DNA of 64,000 bases from Auanema rhodensis (GCA_964057225.1 OZ059898.1:15748001-15812000); one strand, 5' to 3'; positions 23,865 through 39,028 are shown, counted from the stretch's first letter. A program made the numbers and translations. The notes: generated by a model from the letters alone, not told the origin.

Positions 23865-25500
23865 GTTGAAAAAGAAAGAAAGAAATATTGAGATCAAAGA
23901 CTGCCAAATGAGTTGTTTACTTGTCTGAATAGCTTGCGCACAAACTCTCAAAAACCTACTATGACTCCGGCAGTTCATTTCTCATTTTGTTGTTTCATCA
24001 TTATAGAAATTAGAATCTGTTATCATTCTTCATTATAAAAACTATGTTTATATTGTATTCTTTTCAAAGGTTATTTGAAAGAGACAAAGCTCTTAAATAG
24101 AAACATAGAGAGAGAGAATAAGGGAAAAAGAGGAGGAAAAGCATTAATTTGTATATGAAAAGAGGATGAAGGTTTATACTTATTCATGATGATCATACTA
24201 TTAAAATAATTATAAAAATATATGAATTATCGAATAAAGATGTTGATATAATTTATTCAAACTGAAAACAATTTCATTGTTTTATTTCAAAAAAAAATGA
24301 GAAGTAAAAGAAAATTAAAAGAATAATTGATGCATTTACAGCCGATCAAAGTTCGATATAAAGAATGTAGCTGAATTTTTGAATGAAATAAAATAAAAAA
24401 AGTTTAAATATTCTATTTGTATTCAAGCCAAAATATTCTTCTAACTTGTGATATGTTGAACCTAAGCTTGGAAGAGCATATTATATAGTATAGTCTAGTT
24501 TGTTCCGTCTTTTCACCTGCCTTCTCTCCTCGTCAAATTTCAAATTTGTATATTTTTGATTATTTTTTTCTTTCTTTCGTATTTTTGGCGGTCTTCTGTT
24601 CGTTTGCTGTAAAGTACGACGAGCCTCCTGAATTGAATCAGGCATCACTTGTTTCTGACAAAACGTTCAATCTGAAGACGCATGAATATGATATGGATCG
24701 TCAGTACTTTGCAAATACATGATTCATCTCATTGTAAATGAAAAAAGTTTTAGGCTTGTTTTGCCTAGCTATTTGTTGAAAAAAAAGTTTTTTTTTCTCT
24801 CTCTCTCTAAGAGATAAAAGAGAGAAAAAGAAGCGTAAACCGTTTTATGACATGACATCATTCATCCTTCCATCAATCGCACTATTAGCACATCCCTCTT
24901 TCTTTCATTGTCTCTCCCTCTCTCTCTCTCTTTCTTTCTCTCTCCCCCCCCCCTCTCTCTCTCTCTCTCTCATCTCTTCGTGTTTTCTAGCATTCATAAA
25001 TTCTGATGGATTTTTGTATTTTCAAACTGTTCTTCCTCTTTTTTTTGGCAACACAAAGAGGATTTGGTTCAAATCATCATTGTTGAACTTGATATTTGGA
25101 TATCATGAACCCCATCTCGAACGTCATAGCATCCCCCACATTCATCATTCACCTTGGAATTTTCCTCTTTTTTTTTTCAAATATATCTCTCTGTAGATCC
25201 CTTATTCTTGTTTTTCTTTTATTTTCTTTCCTCTTATCTCTCTCTCTTTCTCTCTCTCTATATCTCTAGGTACCTCTCGGTTTCCCGATTTATAATGTTC
25301 GGAAGAATATAAACCGTGTTTACAACGACGTGGTCATGAGGTGCGCAATGCCAAAAATTCGAACACATAAGCCTATTATTTGATCGAAAAATCTGCCTAT
25401 TGTTCAAATATTTTGTTTGTCCTACATCAACAACTTCACATTCTTTCTAATTGGCATAAAGTCCGTTTCAAACTTTCAGCCTGAGATTGGCTCTCTGAAA

Positions 25501-25524
25501 GAGAGAAAGAGAAAGAGAAAGAGA

Positions 25525-25583
<59 letters not shown>
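25501..25583. repeat. (GAAAGA)n + (GA)n compound microsatellite
   Basis: Hexamer units grading into a GA run. Confidence 0.95.
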
Positions 25584-25588
<5 letters not shown>

Positions 25589-28500
25589 AAAAACAGGGAG
25601 AGGCTTCATCACAGGAATATGAAGCATAAAACACAAAAAAACCATCCCTGACCTCTAGATCAAGCTATAGAGGATATGTGGTTAGCAAACAAGGCAACAG
25701 CGAAATCATATGCTAAACCATGGCGATGAAGACCTTATAAAGCTGAAAGATCAAAATTAAAAATTGTTTTTCTTTGTTTGAAAAATTAAAATAATGAAGA
25801 AGATAAACGAAAAGCTGCTCATTCTCAATTGAATTTCAAACTAATTTTCAAGCTCTGTGCAAGAGCAGTATAAGACGAAAAACCACGATGTCCTCCTCGT
25901 GAAAACAAGAAGGCCAACGAGCCGCATGACGACGTCTGATTGCGGTCACTCGAAATTCATTCACACACATACACACAATCAGAAAGGCTTTTTATCAAAG
26001 CATTTGATTGAAAAATTCAAAGTTTTATCCTCTCAGTTTTTTAGAAAAAAAACGAGAAGCTATATGGCAAAAGAGATGAAATCACCGAGACAACGGTGAA
26101 TACGAACATGATATCAACCACGCCAACGACGACGTTGAGAAGAATAGAAAGAAAAAAAACGAAAGTCCTAGCATTTGCAAATAGAAAAAGAATAAAAAAA
26201 TATGAAATAGTAAGGAAACGGTGGAATTCGATAGGTTTTGACGTTTACTTTTTTTTTCTAAATTCGATTTTACTTCTTCAATATTTTCAAAATGCTCTGA
26301 ACTATTACTATACATGTCTCATATCACAATGAAGTATTCCATTTTCTCTCGCCCCCCCCCTCCTACCCTCTTCGTAACTTCTAAAATCAGTGCTTGTTCT
26401 ATGTTTCTTTCTCTATTTTTCTCTATTTTTCTCTTTTTTTTTATCTCACTTTTTGTATTTTCAGAGAAATTTTGTTGAGATGAGATTAGTTCCTGTTTGA
26501 AGGCGTATTTTGATTGGTTAAGGTTCAAAAAATTAAAAAGGCAATAGCTAAGTGTTCATATGTTCCTTCTACTGAAAGAAACGACATATAAGCTGACATC
26601 ACATGATTTGATGACTTTCTCTCTCAACATCTATAAAGTGGTTTGGAAACCTTTGTATAGTTGAAAAGCTGAGACAAGAACTCAGATGTGGTACACACTT
26701 GCTCTATATGAAACAACATTCATTGATCCGATGATATTAATCTTTTTTTTTCTTTTTTTTTCAATTGATCCTGGAGATGAGAGGGGAAGGTATTTAGCTA
26801 ACAAGGTTGTAGTAAAGCTTGTTATTATATATTTATATATCAAAATCAGGTTGAAGATCATCTCTCCAGAAAGGCAGCAGCTGTTAGTTGATGCTGCAGA
26901 ATCTCTTTTCGACGAAGTGGCAACAAGCAATGCTTTGCGAAAGGTTGAAGAGCAGATACGTATAACAAAAGATATGGGAGAGATGTGAATTTGGAAGAAA
27001 AAAAGAAATAAGAGTGACGAAGAGAGAAGGAAAGAGAGATATAGAGAAAAAGAAGAAAGAAGGGAGGGAGCAAAACAAGCTTGAAAAGAAGGTATGAGAG
27101 ATAAAACGAGGGATAAATGCTGGAAGAAAAATCCCTTCGAATATGAGAAGGAGGAAAAGAAACAACATTTGTTCATGTTTTTGTTGGTTTAATCCACGGT
27201 TCTCAACACGTTGGGTTGTTTCTTCGCAACGTTTCCAAAGAAAAAAAACACCAAAATCACCATAAGTCATATCAAATTGATATTTTTTTTCTCTTTTTGG
27301 TTTTTTTTAAGAAATAATCACGATTGAGTTCTTTTCAATTTTTTTCATTTTTGTCTTTTTTAATTTGAATTTTCAATTAGTACACAGACTAATTGATCGA
27401 TAAAGTTTTGCTCTTTCAAAAACTTGACAAATACATTTTTTTTTATTCACTTTTTCATCATCTCATTCCTTCTATTCGCTCTTTCTCTCTCTCTTCTTGT
27501 TCACTCTCTCTATCTCTTTCTCTCTCTCTCCCTCCCTCTATCTCTCTTACCCTCTTTCTCTCTTCCTCGCTTTCTTTCTGCTTTCTTAACTTTCAACCAT
27601 CTTCTCTTCATCTGCAGTTATTTTGTGATTTTTTGAAAAAGCAAAGTACTTACAAAATGGTTTTTCTCACACTTTTTCACCGAAAAAAGTAAATAAACAA
27701 ACAATTTTTCATCTGAAACAGATCTCTTTTTCGTTTTTCTCTAGCATCCTTGTTAGTTTCACAAGGTTTCGTCATTGCTTTTAGCTTGGACAGCTGTTCC
27801 CGAGGTTTTTTTGTTAAAGCTGCAGCAGAAATTTTGGAGCAGACGAGGTTCAGATAAGAACTATGAGGACGAGTCCGAAAGATTAAGCATTATAAAGAGA
27901 ATAAGAGACACGTGATATGAAAAGAGAAAAGGAATTAGATAGAGAGAAACTCAAGCGAGGGTGAGGAACAGATCACTTTTTTCCATTTTTCAACCTCATC
28001 CCTTCTCTATTCATCTTACCCATTTTCACCTTCTCTCAATCTCTTTTCCTATTTATCTCCCTGTTTTTCTTCGTTTTTATTCTGAGAACATATCTTCGGA
28101 CGTTTTGTGACCAAAGTCACCTGTACAACTGCAGGATGTCTTATTCTCTTCCCTCCTTCTCCTATATACTTTGATCATTTACCATCTTTCTTTCCTCTCT
28201 TTTTTCCATTTTCTCTCTCTCACTAACTCATAGATATTTTCTCTGAATATCTCTCTGATATGTTCACTTTCTTGGTTTTTTGAGCTCACATTAAGAAATT
28301 CGCAAGAAAAGACAAGAAATTACAAAAAAAAGCATTTTTCGCTTCTTTTATCAATTAGATTCCCCCACTTCTGCCATACTTGTAATCTTGTCAGTCTATC
28401 ATCTGAAGTTCATCTCTGTATCTTCAGCTTTAGGTCTCTTTCTACTTAAATAGTTTTTTTTCAATTCAAATGTTAATTCTTTTTCTTTATTTCTATAGAA

Positions 28501-29873
28501 AAACGTGAAAATATAAAAAATGTAATCAAAGGCCTCTGATCTTAGTGAAACAGTTTATTCATTTCCACCTTCTTTTTGTCATTTTTTGTGCCAACTTTCT
28601 CATTCTCACTGCATGAGCTGAATGTTTGGCCAAAAAAAAATTGCGTTTGATTGGGATATTTAAGCTCGACATTTGACGGTCTTGTTTCAAAATCTTTTCG
28701 TTTTTTTTCTTTCAAAAAAATCAAAAAACTAAGAAGAAGAAGAAGAAAAGAAGTTTTTTTTGGTTGAAATAAAAAACTAATTAGATGTCTTCTTCTAAAT
28801 GTTGCTTCTCTTTTCCTCAAAATTATGACTATTGTTATTAAAAAGTGAAAAAGATGACATTGTATTTGAATAAGTTTGAATATCTATATCTCCAATTAGT
28901 TTTTGTTGTCCAATCATTTTCTTTTTCAAAACTAAAAGAAGAAATTTACAATGACAATGAAGCCAAAGAGGAAGAAGATGTGATGAATGTGATAGATGTA
29001 TTCTAAATATTCCATGTTGTTCCTACTTTCCTTCTACTTCCACAAGTCACCCCCTCCTTCTAACCTTTCTCGTTGCTCACCCCCCTCCCCTTCAACCCTG
29101 CTGTAGACGACGTGTAAGATTGTTTCTTTTTTTTCTTCTAAAATCTCTTTTTTTTTAGTCATTTTCTGCGACGAATTCAGTTTCCGTCCAACTTCAAAAC
29201 TTTAAGCTTATCCTGACGTCTACAGCATTAAGCTTGTCTTGCTTTCATAGTACATTTGTGAAGTAGTACTACTTCACATGCAAACCTAATTTTGCAACAT
29301 TTTTGATCGTAAGCTTGACATATCAACTAGTTCAACCATTCCAGAAATTCGTTTTCTACTTCTTTTACTTCAAATTCTACTAATACTCTGGATATGTAGA
29401 TGAATATGTACCTACATGCATATTTCTTACTTACTATAACCTTTATCTTTGGTCTTTTCTTCCGTTTTTTGCTTCAAATATTGCTTCCACCCTCCTTCTT
29501 TCTTTTACCTTTTTTTCAATATTTCTTCTTTTTTATGTGAATATGAAAGTATACATAATATATAGTTATTCATTAGCTATATCCTAGATCTCATATAAAT
29601 TTTATTCGAATCTTGTCTCGTTTTCAGACTTAATAGTTCATTCATCAACTTGATCCTATCGTTCGTTCATTCAAAGTTCAAACATACGAAAAATTAGTAT
29701 TTTTTTCATTTTCTCCACATTACCGTCTTGAGACATATCTAATGACTGATTTTCATTATTTTTTCTTTCTTATTTTTAGTTTTAAATTTAATTTTCATAA
29801 GTATAATCAACTTTTATTATATGAATAACATAAGTATCTTTTTTATTTTGTTATCTTCAACTTTCACAACAAC

Positions 29874-29899
29874 TCTCTCTCACTCTCTCTCACTCTCTT

Positions 29900-29940
<41 letters not shown>
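29874..29940. repeat. (CT)n microsatellite
   Basis: Dinucleotide run. Confidence 0.9.
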
Positions 29941-29944
<4 letters not shown>

Positions 29945-30604
29945 ACATTACTTTTTTTTGGATCATTTGTTTCAAATACATCGTATCTACCTCTTCCTTC
30001 TACACTTATTTCTACTTCTATTTCGTATATTATAGCTTTTCTCTCTTTTTGCTCTTCACTCATATCAAATTATCAAAAACTATACATTTAATTTTAAAGC
30101 AACTGATGTTTCAGATACGAACAGCTATTGTGATATGAACAAACCGCTGGGAGCAGAAGCCTAATGTGTTCCTGTCCACATAGTGTAAGCCCCCAATGAG
30201 CGCATACGTATGTATGTAGTATGCGGTCTCATCCAACGACAATCTAACCAATCCGCACTCAACTAACTTAGAGAAAGAAAGAACAAACGATCAACCAAAC
30301 TAACCAACCAACTAACCAACCACCCGACCGACCGACCGACCGACGGAGAGACCGGCTGTCGGAAACGGCAATCTGTTTGTTATTCTTTTTTGAACCACTC
30401 TCACATTAAGAGAATAAGATGGAAGAAACAGCTGCCATACAGATCAGATGCTTACGTTTTCTTCGTAAAAATTGAAACAAAAATTCGACAACTATACTAT
30501 ACTATTCTTTTTTGTATTCTTTGCTCTCTCTTAATCTCGTTTTTCCCTCTCTCTTTCTCTCTCTCTCGCGCGCGCTATACCCGAGAACCATGTGATTTTA
30601 TTTT

Positions 30605-30635
30605 TTACGTGAATTTGTCAGTTAGTTTCACGTGA
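30605..30635. promoter_or_regulatory. Inverted pair of ACGT-core motifs
   Basis: TTACGTGAA at 30605 and TTCACGTGA at 30627. Confidence 0.4.
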
Positions 30636-33600
30636 TTCAGTAACGCTCTACAGCTAACAATGAATTTCACATCTTATATAGTGTGCTGAAGAGAACAGTT
30701 AGCTGTGAGTTGATGGGTGTTCGTCAAGTAACAACCGGCTCTTTTCATCTTCATTTTTCTTTTTCTGATCCTTATCTTTTTATCTTCGACAACCAACTAT
30801 TTCTTTCTATCTTTTTATAACTTAAAATAAACATATTATTCTTTATTTTTTCCGAATAAACATTGTTTACAACTGTGAAATTGGAGCCTACTGCGATAAT
30901 CTTCCCCAATTTTCTTGCGCATATGTTGCGTCTAGTCTTGCTGTTCTTCAAACTCTAGATCTTATTTCGCTCTGTTTGAACAAAATTATCATACTATTTT
31001 CATTCTCTATATTTTCTTTGCTTTTTTTGAATATTTTTTTTCTGATTTACTTGTCAATTACATTCATTTTTCCTTCTTTCTATTCTCATTTCAACATTTG
31101 GGCTGTCATTTGAGCTTCTTCCGTCCAATGAGAAATTGACAAGACATGAAAATTCTTTATTTTTCTTTTTTTTTGAACAAAAAAAGGAAGAAATAGACTT
31201 AGTTTATGATATCATGATGCTTCTAAGAAGACTAAGATGCCATCTAGCTTTTGTAATGACGAATTCATGAATATAAGTATGATCTGATAGTGTTTTGATC
31301 ATTATTTATTTGGTTAATAACTCAAGAGTCTATTCATAATTCTTAGAATTCACGCATTGTATGTATATGTATGTCAACGATCTGTTAGAAAAAAGTGAAT
31401 AATTGCCTTGAGAGAATTGAATATGCTTCCTCCTCCCCTTTCTTGTTCCAAAGCTTTGTTTTTGCGAACATGAGGAAACAACATAGCACCCCGGAATCCC
31501 TAGAGAGAGACTCTTCAGATTGGTGCTCAGCTTGCCTATAACTTCATAATCGGATATTTTATTGATGAAAAGATGGGCAGACAGTTGGAATTTTGAAGAA
31601 AAAAAATGAGAAGTTTAATCCAGTCAATCAGTTAGTCTCTGCATTTTCCTATCATTTCATCCTTCTATTACTTGTTTTCAAGTTTTAATGATTTTCCGAG
31701 AAGGGAGAGCAGAGTAGAAAGAGAAATAGAGGCAATGTTAGAAAGAGAGAGAGAACGAGAATTAAGAGAGAAATATAACTTTTTTTCCCGTTAGTCATAG
31801 CACTAAGGGTCAGTATGCTTCAGTGACTCAACGAAAAGAAATAAAAGAGAAAAAAGAAAGAATAGAAGAAGGATCATAGCAGCAAAAGAATTGGATATGC
31901 ATAGAGAGTCTGAGAGAAAACTATGGAAAACTTATCCTTCTAGTTGAAACTTTACTAACATTTTATGCAAAAAAGACTGTGTGAGACATACGTGGAGATA
32001 TTATAAACGGATTTCGATGTCAATATTATCTGAGACTATTTGAATACCAAGATCTTTCTACAATGCCATTTCATATCATCTTTATTCGAAAAAAAGAGAT
32101 GGTTTTCGTTTTTCTAGTCTATTTCGTTAATCGTTAGAAGCATGATCAACTAGCATAATGTTCAGCTATTTATGGAAATTTATATTCTCTTTCTCCCTCT
32201 CTGCCTCATTCAATCCATCACCACAAAAGTTTGGACACATTGACATATCCATCAAAATACAACCTCCAATGTCTACTTAAGACATTTTTTCTTTTGTCTT
32301 CAGCCTTACTAGATTCTCATATTTTCTAATATTGTGCTTGAAACGCATGAAAAATCAGTTTTTAATGAAAAAAATTGAAAAAATGTGACGAGCAAAAATG
32401 GCTGTCCAGCATTTTTTTCGGCTAGAATGGAAGAATAATATTGCAACATGCTTGTTGTTCTTGGAATGTGTGTATGGGTGTGTGTGTGTTTCGTCGTCAA
32501 GCGAACAAGATCTGGAAAATTGAGAAAATATTGAGAGAAACAGAGAGAATAAGAGCAATAGACTCAGAGAAATGCCGAATGTTGCATAAACATATGCAGA
32601 GCATCTAGAGAAACATGGCCGAAACGGTCATTCATCCTTCTGAGAGAGGGAGTTGAAAAGAGATGGAATAGGAAGCTAAATTTTGATGCTGCTGAGAAAA
32701 AGCCTTCTCATCTTGCTCCATTTCTCTTTTGTTGTTGTTCTGGATTTCAATTCCATCATCAGGGAGCATGCCCGAGAGTGCCGGACCCTTGGTCAATGCT
32801 TTTTCCTCTCGTTTCAATGTTTCTTTTTTAGCTTTTTCTCGTCTGTGTTTATCTCTCTGTTTCTCTGTTCGCTTTGCATACGCCTCACTCTATCAGAGAC
32901 ACCCTCCACGACATTGACGTTTTTCCTTCTCTCTTGGTCTTTATTTCTTATATTTCACGTTGTTTTTTCTCTCTTTCTCTATATTTTACCCTCTCTCTCA
33001 CTTCCTCTCTCTCCCTCACTCATTTTCTTTCTCTTGTATTGGTTTTTTTCGTCCAATTTCCATGAGACATACGTGCTTTGTTCTCAACCATGGCTATTTC
33101 AAAGGGCTTTTCCCTACTTTTCTAAACAGAAGTCACATTCGTATGCTTCTCAACAATCTTTATTATGAAGTACACGATAAAGAGATTTTTCCCTCGTAAT
33201 GTTTTTCATTTATTTTAATGTTTCACTGATTATCTTTTCCAATTGTTTCAATGTTTCATACTTTGAGAAATTTCATTTTCTTTCACAAATTCCATTGAAA
33301 TACTGAACATCCATTTTTCATTTGAAATCAAATCAAATTAAAAATATAGCAATATGGAACCAATATCCATGTCTAATATCATGAAACTATAGCTAATTAA
33401 TCATTTTCTTCCCAATATTTTTCAAATTAAATATTTATATTCTTGATTACTTTCTCATTTTATTTTTAATTTTCGTTCTACTTTCAAATTATGTGTTCAA
33501 ATTAACTGATAACACTACAAGTGTTCGTTGAAATCTCTTTCTAATTAATTTTTTGTTTCATTCAGATCACATTCAATTCAATACTATTACGCTCAACATA

Positions 33601-33737
33601 TGTGATTTTCGTATTTATTTCAATCATTTGTTTATTTTTCATTCTATTCTCAATTTTACGTTTTCAAACTCGCATTTCCAAACAGTTGATTTACAGACTA
33701 TTCATAACTCTTTCACAAATTTTCAACGTTATTGCGC

Positions 33738-33773
<36 letters not shown>

Positions 33774-33849
33774 TGGTCTTTCGCAATCTTTCATCCTCTC
33801 ATCTCTTTTTTTATTTCAAACTGTTTTATTTATTTTTAATCTCAGTTTT

Positions 33850-33913
33850 TTACGTGAACTCTGGAATATTCCACGTGGGCGCGTAAATCATTAAAACATT
33901 TCGCATTCACGTT
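33850..33913. promoter_or_regulatory. Cluster of ACGT-core motifs
   Basis: TTACGTGAA 33850, CCACGTGG 33871, TTCACGTT 33906. Confidence 0.4.
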
Positions 33914-36900
33914 TATTTCGAAACAAATGGCTATTGAACGGTTGTGTTTTTCGTAAAATCCCTACTCCATTTCTCTCTCCCCCTTCTCTCTTTCTCCCTT
34001 CTCTCTTATTCCAAATCTTACTATTACAAGGTATCTCAAATATTTTATGATATTACTCTCTTTTTTCATTTATTTAACAGAAAAAACTAGATATATACAT
34101 AGCACTTGTTTTGCTCTTAAGATTGTTGCTAATCTCCTTAATTACAAACATATTACTTATGCTCTGAGTTTTTTCAATATAGTATTGGCGTTATGCAGCT
34201 GCTTAACATGTGGGGAGGTAGAGATGAAACCGTTTGGAAAATGATGCAAAGAAATTACGAAAAATAATAGAAAAGGAGAAGGGAGGTCTGATAGCTCTGA
34301 GATACAACAGCTGAAAGAAGAAAGTGTTCGTTTTCTGTTACTTAATGAATGTGAAGAGACAGAAAGATAGAAAAATAAAGAGATGGGATGTAGTGAGGGG
34401 ATGATGAAAGAGAAGAGGTATATATCTATGTAGAGAGAGAGAGAGAATAGACTATTTCTTCAGTATATAAAAGGATTGAAAGAAGATAGTTGCATGTATT
34501 TTGATATAATGAAAAAGATTAAAAGAATAAAGCAGAAGAAAGAAAATAAAAAAAGAAAATTGTTGCCAGAATATGTTCTTTGCTCGTCTTCTTTAATGAC
34601 ATGCTAATCAACATTGGTATTTCGTTCTCACGCCGATTTTCGTCCTTGCACCTCAATTCTTTGAATAAAAACACACAAGAGATGTAGAAGAAGCAAAAAG
34701 ATTATTAAAATCTAAAAAAGAACGATGAAATGGATAAAAAATCCGCACGAAACGAACAAATTTTGGCAAAAAAAAATGCAATTTCTCTTTATTTTTTCTT
34801 CTTTGCAGCTATTGAGAGCTCACGCTACGCCAAACCTACACTAATCCAAATCCAATTAATAATTTGGAAAAGTAAAAAAGGAAAAAGAAGAAGAAGAAGA
34901 AGAAGAAGAATATGATGATTATTATGAGGAACAATAAGAAATAATCTTTCTTATAATAATCAATAAAAGAAAATATAAAAGGGAAACACCTTGCTTTCAT
35001 TACAAAACATTGAACAAATCTTGCAATTGAGTTTGTTTTCTATCAAGCAGATCATCAGATAAAGAGATATCGAGAATGAGAAATAGCATCCAGGAAGTCC
35101 AATTGTTCTTTTCATTCATTTTCTCTTTTGGACTCTTCTAGTTTCATCAAAAAAACGTTATTTTTTAGGTTTTTATCGTTATTATTCTCTTCTTCTTTTT
35201 TTCTCTTTTGTTCAGCCTATCAGGTAGATTCTCTCTCTTATTCTACGTTGTTACTTTGATCTTTCTGCGAATATTTGCAAAAATTATATTCCAAGCATCT
35301 ATTTGAGGCAAAATTATGTTGCTGGAAAGCTTTTAGAACAAGCAAGATTTACAGCTATTAAATCTGTTTTCCAAAATATTTCTTGGCGATTTCTCACCAA
35401 ATAGCCAATGAACAAGCTTAATATATATGCTGTAAGCCTTGATCAAACTATAACCATCGATATGATGCAATAAAACAAACAAATAAACAATTTCTTTCCA
35501 ATAGAATGTTTCAGGGAATAATTAAAGAGCTTACTAGGACAGAATGCTATAGTCCTCGATGCTCCATCTCATCGATCGACGGCAACTACAGCGGGTGCCC
35601 TGTGACCACAACCATTGCCTGAAGCTCAACAACAGCTTCAGCCACTCGACCACGTTGATCGTCAATTTCCCGTGTCTGTTTTTCGATCGGAAACGAGTAC
35701 ATGAACAAAGCGCAAATTGGTTAGATGGTTTGACGGCTCCAGCTCCGCGAGCCACAATCTGATTCACATTAGTAACTGCGACCCTCAGCAAAGTGAGCTG
35801 ATCAACCTCGGAACTGGGGGAAAGCTATTTCGATTCTACCCGCCACGCTGTTTACTAGTTTTGTTTCTGTCACAAAATCTAGAATCTAGTATATATACTA
35901 ATAGATTCATGATCAAACATGAAGTTCGACCGAAACAAAACAGGATCGCACCAATTTTGAAACAAAGGTCATGAAAATAATTCCAAAACGAACTTGCGAA
36001 AAAGTTTTTTTTGGATTATATAAACTGCGAATTTTAAATATTGATTCAACACAGTTGCTATATTTAAGATTTTTATTTTTGTATATTTTAGAAAGAGATG
36101 TGAAGCAAAAATCTAAAAAAAACATAAAAATGTTAGAAGTTTTTTGAATAAAACAATCGCTTCCCATATTTATTTCAATGTACTCTTCTTTTTTAAGATC
36201 AGATTTCGAAATGAATGTTCTTCATATCCCAAATGTGGTTCATCTTTCTCAAAACTATTGCAGTTCGATATCGAATCACATTTCACATAAACATCACAAA
36301 AGCATACTTCGACAATGAACTGAAGCAATGCTTCAACAGACATTTCTATTGAAATGTCTAAATATGAATGTATAGTCTAAGGGAGTTTGTGCTTGACTGA
36401 ATTCAACAAATCTCTTCTAACTTATCATTTCAAATCAAAAATGATTATATAAAAGTATTTTTATATCAAATAACAAGCACTTGTTTCAATAACTTTTGAT
36501 AAATTTCGTATTTCAGATGGAGGTAGATGAAGAGGATACTATAGTATTGTAGAATTCAAATGATGGATATGAATATACTATGAAAAAAAGAGAAGTAGAA
36601 ACTTGGATAGAAAAAGAGAAAAAAAAATAAAAAAGAGGGAGAGAGAGAGAGAAAGAGAGAGAGAGAACAAGAGATTGGATACGAGGTGATGTTGCCTGTA
36701 GAGTTATGTCATCTCTCGATATTCACCAACCACAAACATGATTGAATTAACAAGGAACAATTGTATTTTTTGATCAAAATTCGGATTTAACAGTTATAAA
36801 TAGTTTTTGTGTTTAAAGAATTTAGCAAAGATAGATAGATTCTATCCAATTTTTAGTCTATTCATCTCGTAATATACACCACCCTACATATCTACTATTA

Positions 36901-38945
36901 CATACTCATAGATGAGGTTTTTGAGCTATTTTTTTTCTGAAAAACCTGAACCATTCTGTATTTTTCTTTTTTTTTTCTTATTCTTTACTATATTTTTTGA
37001 ACTTCAGGCTTTTCTCTCTCTATCTCTCTCTATCTCTCTCTTTCTCTCTCTATCTACCACACTTCCTTTCTTTATTCAATGTTCTATATTTTTGATATAG
37101 AGCCTACAACAACCATTCGAAGATTTCTGACTCATTCTGAGAGCCAGATACGTTTTGTTCTCCATGAACCTCTAGGCTTTCTTGTTAAGTTTACTTCTCT
37201 CTGCTATACCCCATAGCAAGCTTATCTAATAAGTTTTGGAGCAAAATAATATTTTCTTTTTTAGTTTAAGCTAATCCATCTCACGAAACATCCAAATACA
37301 TGTATAAATTTAGCGATCGCGTTTTCCGATGTCTTATGTCATAATCCATTCGTTTCATCTCATAAACACTCTTCATTTCTTCCTCTCTCTAACTCTCTCT
37401 CTATCTCTCTTCTTTTTTTCTTTTTTTTTCTGCTCATTTTGTTGTTTATTCCTTTTCTATATTTCTCTCTTTTTCTCCTACTCTCTATCTGTCTTTCTCT
37501 TCCTTGTTCTTCTTTTTTTCTTCCATTTTTTTTCATTTAGCACGGCTTTTGCTGAAACTCCTTGAGGCAAGAAGTTTCATTCTTCTTTCGTCTTCTACAG
37601 AATAAATGGGTTGCTTTCTGTCTCCTTCTTTATTTTTTCATTTTTTTCCTCATCTTAGTTGGCCATACATGGCAATGTTTCGAGATATGTATGTGTCCCC
37701 CTCACTACCACCACTCCCAATAAGACAAGAGCGAATGACAGGGCCAGAGGGCAGCCAAAGAGACAAAAACAGGCAGAGAGAGAGGGAAAAAGCATGAAAA
37801 GAGCAGAAGAAGGCAAGAGGAAGCCGACAAACTGGACAGAAAGCAGCCTTTTTCAGCTTCGTCGCCCATCTTCATCCTGCTTCAAACCTCGCGTGCCCAT
37901 GCGTCCAGGCCCATAGCCCCATGTTGCAATGTTTTTTCCGTACTTTTCCTCTTCTCTCGTTCAGCTACACCTAATTTTCCTTCAGCTTTCCACTTAATAT
38001 CCGCTATATGCATAAAGCATACATTGAGATATCGGCTCAAAAGCTATTCTATAATTTTAAACTTATATTAATCGGCTTTTACCTATTCATCAGGGTATTT
38101 CCCTAATGTTTCTTTTTCCGCTATGCAAATCGAACAGTGAAGAAGAGGGGCAGAAAGCCAAACCCCTCTATGTATGAATATTTGGACATTCACGTTGATA
38201 GCAACACATGACGTCATGTATTCCATGAAACATCAGAAGGCGTTCGTAGACATTAAGCACAACGGTTCTTTCAGCTTACATGTAAATCATCTCATCAACT
38301 TATATTACAACTAAAATATTTTTAAATGTTATGATATTATACTTTATTCTTTTTCTTATAATTCTTATTCTTTCTTGTTCATTTTTGTAGTTTTTCTTAT
38401 ATGCAAATATATATTGCACACATATATTCACATATAAGGCAATCCTTCAATATATTGCTTCCTTGATTTTTAACTATTTTTTATCCGATTTTCAATGTAC
38501 TTTCAACCATAAGAATATCTTAATCCTTCTCATTTTATAAATACAAAAAAAGATTTTTTTAACTCTCTCTCTCTCTTTCTCTCTCTCCTTCTCTCTCTCT
38601 CTCTTTCTGTCTCTCCTTCTCTCTCTCCTTCTCTCTCGTAAAAAATGAGAAAAAAAGTGAATGTAGCATGAAATTAAATGTATATCTGTTTCATAAAATA
38701 GAAAATATGGTTTTTAATACTACTAATTTTGTGGTATTATGCTTTTTGATTTCAAAAATACATAAACTATGCCATTTATTTCTTTCTTTTTTTTTCGCCT
38801 GCCGTGAACAATTTAATTACGACAAGGGCATAATGCTGCTAGTTGATCAAAAAAATTTTTCTATTCAATTGTTTGATTAAAGCTTGAAAGCTTCTGTGAT
38901 ACCATTTGTCTCATTAAATTTGCTTCTCTTGCTTCATCCTCCCCT

Positions 38946-38952
<7 letters not shown>

Positions 38953-39025
<73 letters not shown>
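38953..39025. repeat. (CT)n microsatellite
   Basis: Pure dinucleotide run. Confidence 0.95.
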
Positions 39026-39028
<3 letters not shown>

